Below, in pieces: positions 14,971 to 20,000 of a stretch of 20,000 nt of DNA. This DNA is from an uncultured virus (IMG/VR IMGVR_UViG_3300027770_000054) (taxonomy: Duplodnaviria > Heunggongvirae > Uroviricota > Caudoviricetes). The position numbers were made by a program, and so were the translations under genes. Under the pieces are notes generated by a model, which did no database searches, had not been told where the DNA came from, and saw only the letters and a list, made by a program, of their open reading frames with translations. The stretch lies in the IMG/VR virus record IMGVR_UViG_3300027770_000054; one strand, given 5' to 3'. The stretch's first letter is position 1, and the number at the start of each line of letters is the position of its first letter.

Positions 14971-15330
14971 ATGGAATGTATTTCGAAATTACTGACACTT
15001 CAAAACCAACTTCGCGTTCACCATTGGCAAACACCATCATATGCTGAACACAAAGCATTGGGTAAGGCATACGCAGGATTGGATCCACTAATTGATACCT
15101 TTGTGGAAACATATATGGGCAAGTATGGAAAAGATACACAGCAGAATAGAAGTATTGATCTACAAGGGTACGAAACTGCTCATCCAATGCCAGTATTGAA
15201 GTATTTTGAAAATTATTTAATCAATGAACTTCCAAACGATTTGTCTGAACAAGATACAGAACTTTTAAATATTCGCGATGAAATGTTAAGTGTTCTCAAT
15301 CAGACTAAGTATCTCTTGACTCTACATTGA
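14971..15330 (+). CDS. Dps/ferritin-like four-helix protein (DUF5856-like), 119 aa
   Basis: HHWQTPSYAEHKALGKAY...IDTFVE and LLNIRDEML...KYLLTL patterns. RBS supports the 14971 start over the tracked 14869 start. Confidence 0.75.
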   Translation: MECISKLLTLQNQLRVHHWQTPSYAEHKALGKAYAGLDPLIDTFVETYMGKYGKDTQQNRSIDLQGYETAHPMPVLKYFENYLINELPNDLSEQDTELLNIRDEMLSVLNQTKYLLTLH

Positions 15331-15344
15331 GTTTGTAGTATCAT
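15316..15344 (+). promoter_or_regulatory. Sigma70-type promoter, probably leaderless; could drive gp43B-uvsX-41-61
   Basis: TTGACT (15316-15321), 17-nt spacer, TATCAT (15339-15344), then 6 nt to the ATG at 15351. Confidence 0.65.
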
Positions 15345-15350
15345 GTGTGA

Positions 15351-15593
15351 ATGATTTACGAGTTTAAAAATCCAATTCCTGTAACCACACCTATGGGTGA
15401 TGGTTATATTTTATATGTTCGCGATGGCGGAACATGGGAAAACGATATTTTCGCCGTGGTCTTGACTGAAGGTGGAACGATTCGGCATTTTAGAAGTGAT
15501 CAGTTGAATGTTTGGGCGAATGCCACCTTTGGAATTAAAAAGGATTCTACATTATGTCAAAAGACTACTCCAAGTTCACCGATGCCCAACTAA
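15351..15593 (+). CDS. Small hypothetical beta-rich protein (80 aa)
   Basis: ATG positioned at the predicted transcription start. Its 3' end overlaps gp43B by 40 nt. Confidence 0.65.
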   Translation: MIYEFKNPIPVTTPMGDGYILYVRDGGTWENDIFAVVLTEGGTIRHFRSDQLNVWANATFGIKKDSTLCQKTTPSSPMPN

Positions 15594-16705
15594 TGGCACT
15601 GAAAAAACAAACTGAACATGATATATCCAAGTATCATAATTTTCAGTTGGTTCGCAAGATTCAGTTAAACTCCGCTTACGGTGCGATAGGGAACCAATAT
15701 TTTAGATATTATTCTACCGAACTCGCAGAGGCGATTACTCTGTCGGGTCAATTGTCAATTCAATGGATCGGTCAAGAACTAAACAAATATCTCAACAAGA
15801 TTATTGGCACTACCGATGTGGATTATGTGATTGCATCAGATACAGATTCTGTTTATCTGTGTCTTAATAATCTAGTCTTGAAGGTATTTCCAAACACAGG
15901 TCTTTTTGATGGAAAACCAGTTTCGCGACCACCGACAAAGACCGTAGTTGATTTCTTAGATAAGTCTGCGGAACAGGCGATCATTCCATTCATTGAGAAG
16001 AAGTTTGCTGAACTCGCACTCACCATGAATGCATACGAGAACAAAATGCAGATGGGTCGGGAAGTCATTGCCGACAAGGGAATATGGACTGCCAAGAAAC
16101 GGTATATGTTGAATGTTTGGGATTCTGAAGGTGTGCGCTATGCAGAACCTAAACTCAAGATCATGGGAATTGAAACTACTCGTTCTTCAACTCCAGAGTT
16201 TGTCCGTAAGCATCTTAAGAAGGCTATCAATATTACCATGAATGGCACTGCACAGGATATGATAGACTTTGTTGAGAAGTGTCGTAATGAATTTTACGCA
16301 CTGCCTCCAGAGGATATTGCATTTCCTCGTAGCGTAAACGGATTGGAAAAATATATTGATCGTTCTGCAATTTATAAAAAATCAACACCTATTGCCGTAA
16401 AGGGTGCTTTGATTTACAATCATTATCTTGCTAAATTCAAGATTGGTAAGAAATATAGGAAGATTATTGAAGGAGATAAGATTAAATTTCTAATGCTCAA
16501 GAAACCAAATCCTGTTGGTGGTTGCATTGGAGAAGATCAGGTTATTTCTTTTCCAAATGTTCTTCCAAAAGAATTTGAACTTGAGAAATATATTGATTAT
16601 AAAACGCAATTTGAGAAATCTTTTATTGATCCTCTGACCGCCATTCTAGATACTATTGGGTGGTCAACTGAAAAGAAAAATACATTAGAAAACCTATTTG
16701 GTTGA
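15554..16705 (+). CDS. gp43B: B-family DNA polymerase, C-terminal part (second fingers helix, palm motifs B/C, thumb, clamp-binding tail)
   Basis: Motif B RKIQLNSAYGAIGN, motif C ASDTDS, AKKRY, KIMGIETTRSSTP, C-terminal TLENLFG. Has its own AAGGA RBS near 15540. Confidence 0.95.
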   Translation: MSKDYSKFTDAQLMALKKQTEHDISKYHNFQLVRKIQLNSAYGAIGNQYFRYYSTELAEAITLSGQLSIQWIGQELNKYLNKIIGTTDVDYVIASDTDSVYLCLNNLVLKVFPNTGLFDGKPVSRPPTKTVVDFLDKSAEQAIIPFIEKKFAELALTMNAYENKMQMGREVIADKGIWTAKKRYMLNVWDSEGVRYAEPKLKIMGIETTRSSTPEFVRKHLKKAINITMNGTAQDMIDFVEKCRNEFYALPPEDIAFPRSVNGLEKYIDRSAIYKKSTPIAVKGALIYNHYLAKFKIGKKYRKIIEGDKIKFLMLKKPNPVGGCIGEDQVISFPNVLPKEFELEKYIDYKTQFEKSFIDPLTAILDTIGWSTEKKNTLENLFG

Positions 16706-16715
16706 AAGGAATATT

Positions 16716-17759
16716 ATGAGTGATTTTTTATCGTCTATGGTTAAGAATTCTGGAAACAAATACGCATCACTGGTTTCCGATGGTCTTGAGGGAAGTGATG
16801 TAAATGGATTCGTGGATACTGGATGTTATATTCTGAATGGACTACTGTCGGCATCCATTTATAATGGAATGCCAAATAATAAAATTACAGCGATTGCGGG
16901 AGAAACATCCACAGGAAAGACTTATATCGCTTTGGGAATTGCCTCTAAGTTTTTACGGGATAATCCCAATGCTGTTGTTTTATATTTTGATTCTGAACAA
17001 GCAGTTACTTCTGAGATGTTCAAGAATCGTGGAATTGACCCAAAGCGAATTGCAGTATTTCCAGTATCAACGGTGGAGGAATTTCGTCATCAAGTAATTA
17101 CGATTGTGGACAAATATATTGACCTTCCCAAAGGGGAACAGAAACCAACCTTCATCGTTCTTGATTCGTTGGGAATGTTGTCCACGACCAAAGAGATGAC
17201 TGATACCGCTGATGGAAAAGATACAAGGGATATGACCCGCGCACAAATCATCAAGGCTACATTTAGAGTCTTGACGGTAAAACTTGGTGTGGCGAAGATT
17301 CCTCTTCTGATGACAAACCACACATATCAATCCATGGGAATGTTCCCAACGGCAGAACTTGCTGGTGGTCAGGGATTGAAGTATGCGGCATCAACTATTC
17401 TTTATCTTTCCAAGCGAAAGGATAAGAATTCTGATGGTGAGGTTGTTGGAAATATCATTCATTGTAAACTTTATAAGGGTAGATTCACCAAAGAAAATAG
17501 CATGGTGGATATTCGGTTGAATTACGAAACTGGACTTGACCCATATTATGGTCTTGTGGATGTTGCGGTATCTGCTGGAATATTCAAAAAGAATTCAACG
17601 CGCATTGAACTTCCAGATGGAACCAAAGCGTTTGAGAAGACGATTTATGATAATCCAGAAAAGTATTTTACCAAAGATGTTCTTGCGTTAGTGGAGAAGG
17701 CAGTGTATACTCAGTTCAGTTATGGTGGAGAGAAAACCATAGAGAACACCGATGACTGA
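16716..17759 (+). CDS. uvsX: UvsX RecA-like recombinase
   Basis: Walker A AGETSTGKT, YFDSE, Walker B IVLDSLGML, GGQGLKYAAS. AAGGA RBS precedes the ATG at 16716. Confidence 0.93.
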   Translation: MSDFLSSMVKNSGNKYASLVSDGLEGSDVNGFVDTGCYILNGLLSASIYNGMPNNKITAIAGETSTGKTYIALGIASKFLRDNPNAVVLYFDSEQAVTSEMFKNRGIDPKRIAVFPVSTVEEFRHQVITIVDKYIDLPKGEQKPTFIVLDSLGMLSTTKEMTDTADGKDTRDMTRAQIIKATFRVLTVKLGVAKIPLLMTNHTYQSMGMFPTAELAGGQGLKYAASTILYLSKRKDKNSDGEVVGNIIHCKLYKGRFTKENSMVDIRLNYETGLDPYYGLVDVAVSAGIFKKNSTRIELPDGTKAFEKTIYDNPEKYFTKDVLALVEKAVYTQFSYGGEKTIENTDD

Positions 17760-19116
17760 TGTTGAAAAACTAATTCTTCACAACCTTCTCAAGAACGAGA
17801 CATACGCACGAAAAGTTACTCCCTTCCTACAGAGGGAGTATTTTCATGATCGTGGACTACGATTTGTTTTTGAGACTATTCATGAATTTATTCTAAAATA
17901 TAATAACCTTCCCACAAAGGAAGCGATCTATATCATTCTTGATAAGAACAAAAGTATTAATCAAGAAGAGATGAAGCGCATCACAAATTATGTCGAGGAG
18001 ATTTCCAATTCCAAGGAAAATGTTGATTCTGAATGGTTGATGACAGAAACTGAAACTTTCTGCAAGGATAAGGCGGTATATAATGCGATCATGGAATCCA
18101 TTCAGATTATAGATGGAAAGACTCAGCAATCTCAGGGATCTATTCCTGATATTCTATCCAAGGCGTTGTCGGTATCATTTGATGTTCATATTGGTCACGA
18201 TTACATTGAAGACTATGAGAAACGATATGATTTCTACCACACGGTAGAGAAACGAATTCCATTTGATTTGGATGGATTCAATCAGATCACAAATGGGGGA
18301 ACTCCTGCAAAGACTTTGAACATTGTCATGGCAGGAACTGGTGTTGGTAAATCATTGTTCCTGTGCCATCATGCTGCAAATTGTCTCAAAAAGAATTGTA
18401 AGGTTCTATACATCACCTGTGAGATGGCAGAGGAAAGAATTGCAGAACGCATTGATGCAAATCTTCTTGATGTTACTCTTGATAATCTTCGCGAACTTTC
18501 AAAGGTAATCTATGAAAAGAAAATTCAGAATCTGAGTGCTGGAGTTCAAGGTAAACTTATCATCAAGGAATATCCAACTGCTACAGCAAATGTAAATCAC
18601 TTTCGGTTTTTGTTGGATGAACTTTGGTTGAAGCGTAAGTTTAAACCCGATGTGATCTTCATTGATTATCTGAACATCTGTGCTTCAGCAAGAGTAAAGA
18701 GTGGAAACAATGTAAACTCCTACACTTACATCAAGTCAATTGCAGAGGAGATTCGTGGTCTTGCGGTTGAATATAATGTACCAATTTTCAGTGCCACGCA
18801 AACTACTCGCTCTGGGCATTCAAACACGGATGTTAGTCTTGAGGATACTTCCGAGTCATTTGGTCTTCCAGCAACTGCTGACTTTATGTTCGCCTTGATC
18901 TCTACAGATGAACTTGCGGAACAGAATCAGATCATGGTGAAGCAGTTAAAGAATCGTTACAATGATACAGCAACCAATCGTAAGTTCTTGCTTAACATTC
19001 AGCGTGCTAAGATGAAACTTTCCGATATTCCACCGCAACACACAAATCTCATTACTATTCCTATTGCTAATCAACCAAAGCAAAAGGGTCAAAAGTTTGA
19101 AGATTGGAATTTCTAA
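17752..19116 (+). CDS. gp41: gp41 replicative DnaB-like helicase
   Basis: Walker A AGTGVGKS, YITCEMAEERIAERIDAN, IIKEYPT, IFIDYLNI, SESFGLPATADF, KQLKNRY. Confidence 0.95.
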   Translation: MTDVEKLILHNLLKNETYARKVTPFLQREYFHDRGLRFVFETIHEFILKYNNLPTKEAIYIILDKNKSINQEEMKRITNYVEEISNSKENVDSEWLMTETETFCKDKAVYNAIMESIQIIDGKTQQSQGSIPDILSKALSVSFDVHIGHDYIEDYEKRYDFYHTVEKRIPFDLDGFNQITNGGTPAKTLNIVMAGTGVGKSLFLCHHAANCLKKNCKVLYITCEMAEERIAERIDANLLDVTLDNLRELSKVIYEKKIQNLSAGVQGKLIIKEYPTATANVNHFRFLLDELWLKRKFKPDVIFIDYLNICASARVKSGNNVNSYTYIKSIAEEIRGLAVEYNVPIFSATQTTRSGHSNTDVSLEDTSESFGLPATADFMFALISTDELAEQNQIMVKQLKNRYNDTATNRKFLLNIQRAKMKLSDIPPQHTNLITIPIANQPKQKGQKFEDWNF

Positions 19117-20000
19117 TGTCTGCTTATCTTGATCGTAAATATATCAATTTGGTTTCTAATTCCCTTGTGAAATTTAAATGGAAGAAGGTAAATCTTGCTA
19201 ACTGCCGTTGTGTCTTTTGTGGTGATTCCGAGACAAATAAGAACAAAGCGAGAGGTTATTTCTTCAGCAGTAAGGATAGTTATTTTTATAAATGTCATAA
19301 CTGTGGGGTTTCATATAATGTGTACAAGTTTCTTGAAGTGATCTCTCCTGCGTTGTTCAAGCAATATTGTCTTGAGAAGTTTGCAGATAAGGATAAGAGA
19401 ATTGAAGAGGTGACAGAAGAATTCAAACCTCCTGTATTTTCTTCACGACCATCATATGATGAAATTTCAGATCTCCCAGTAGATCATGTGGCAATCAAGT
19501 TTCTCACGGCACGAAAGATTCCAAAGTCTGAATGGAAACGATTTGGATATACAAAGCATTTTTCTCAATTCGCAAAATCGGTAAATGAATCCTATGAATT
19601 GATTGATGATGAGAGAATCATAATTCCAATCTATGATGAACACAACCAATTCATTGGAGCGCAGGGTAGATCTTTTGGAAATATCAAACCAAAATATATC
19701 ACCCTGAAGACTGATGAAAAGATTCGTCTAATTTATGGGATGGAGAAAATTGACAAGAGCAAACCAATCTTTGTTGTGGAGGGTCCGATTGACAGTCTGT
19801 TCCTTCCCAACTCCCTTGCTTGCTTGGGTGTAGGAAATTTTCTAGAGGTCAGGGAAAAGTTTCAGAACCAGGATCTTATCTTTGTTGTGGATAATGAACC
19901 GAGAAATAAGGTAGTGGTTGAGGTTCTTTATAAACTTATTGAAAATAAAGAAAAAGTATGTGTTTTTCCTGATACTATAAAAGAAAAGGATATAAATGAT
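19116..20000 (+). CDS. gp61: gp61 DNA primase, 3' end outside the window
   Basis: Absent from the ORF track. My translation from the ATG at 19116 (TAATG overlap) gives MSAYLDRKYI...NCRCVFCGDS...KARGY...YKCHNCG (Zn finger) and TOPRIM motifs VVEGPIDSLFL, VVDNEPRN, KDIND. Confidence 0.93.
   Translation, partial: MSAYLDRKYINLVSNSLVKFKWKKVNLANCRCVFCGDSETNKNKARGYFFSSKDSYFYKCHNCGVSYNVYKFLEVISPALFKQYCLEKFADKDKRIEEVTEEFKPPVFSSRPSYDEISDLPVDHVAIKFLTARKIPKSEWKRFGYTKHFSQFAKSVNESYELIDDERIIIPIYDEHNQFIGAQGRSFGNIKPKYITLKTDEKIRLIYGMEKIDKSKPIFVVEGPIDSLFLPNSLACLGVGNFLEVREKFQNQDLIFVVDNEPRNKVVVEVLYKLIENKEKVCVFPDTIKEKDIND

Noticed and set aside
13975..15553. Intron, intein or homing-endonuclease element interrupting the polymerase
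   Set aside because: No intein terminal motifs at the fragment ends, no HNH/GIY-YIG/LAGLIDADG ORF, no recognisable group I core. The gap holds ordinary genes and gp43B has its own RBS.
12493..16705. Polymerase pseudogene or frameshift
   Set aside because: Both halves are long, intact ORFs with all catalytic motifs, and the break lies at a position known to tolerate splitting.
19113..19649. Minus-strand ORFs 19113..19298 and 19467..19649
   Set aside because: They are antisense to the primase gene, which the track missed because it runs off the window end.
1..20000. Stop-codon reassignment
   Set aside because: Genes read through full length in the standard code and end in TAA or TGA. No TAG stops were seen, but no in-frame TAG is needed to restore any gene, and neither tRNA is a suppressor.

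Overview
This is a segment of an AT-rich, T4-like dsDNA phage genome, with every credible gene on the + strand. Bases 1-10271 are a late structural block of ten genes: tail-fibre/adhesin-like proteins (collagen-like G-N-T repeats, a Gly-rich domain, shared near-identical cassettes, an 87-bp tandem repeat), two small fibre-chaperone-like proteins and a coiled-coil protein. Bases 10334-20000 are a DNA metabolism/replication block: dUTPase, an SPPY-type DNA amino-methyltransferase, a DUF1599/Nmad1-like protein, a B-family DNA polymerase, UvsX recombinase, gp41 helicase and gp61 primase (truncated by the window end). The polymerase is split at the fingers tip into two genes. The ~1.6 kb between them holds a sigma70-type promoter, a SpoU/TrmH-family RNA methyltransferase abutting tRNA-Gln(UUG) and tRNA-Leu(UAA), a Dps/ferritin-like gene behind a T4 late promoter, and two small ORFs. 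The main candidates for follow-up are: (i) the RNA methyltransferase + tRNA cassette, a possible self-contained tRNA modification/protection module; (ii) a DNA methyltransferase ending in the same sliding-clamp-type peptide as the polymerase (TLEGLFGD vs TLENLFG); (iii) three promoters whose -10 box lies exactly 6 nt before the ATG, implying leaderless mRNAs. All family assignments come from motif recognition by eye; no database searches were run.
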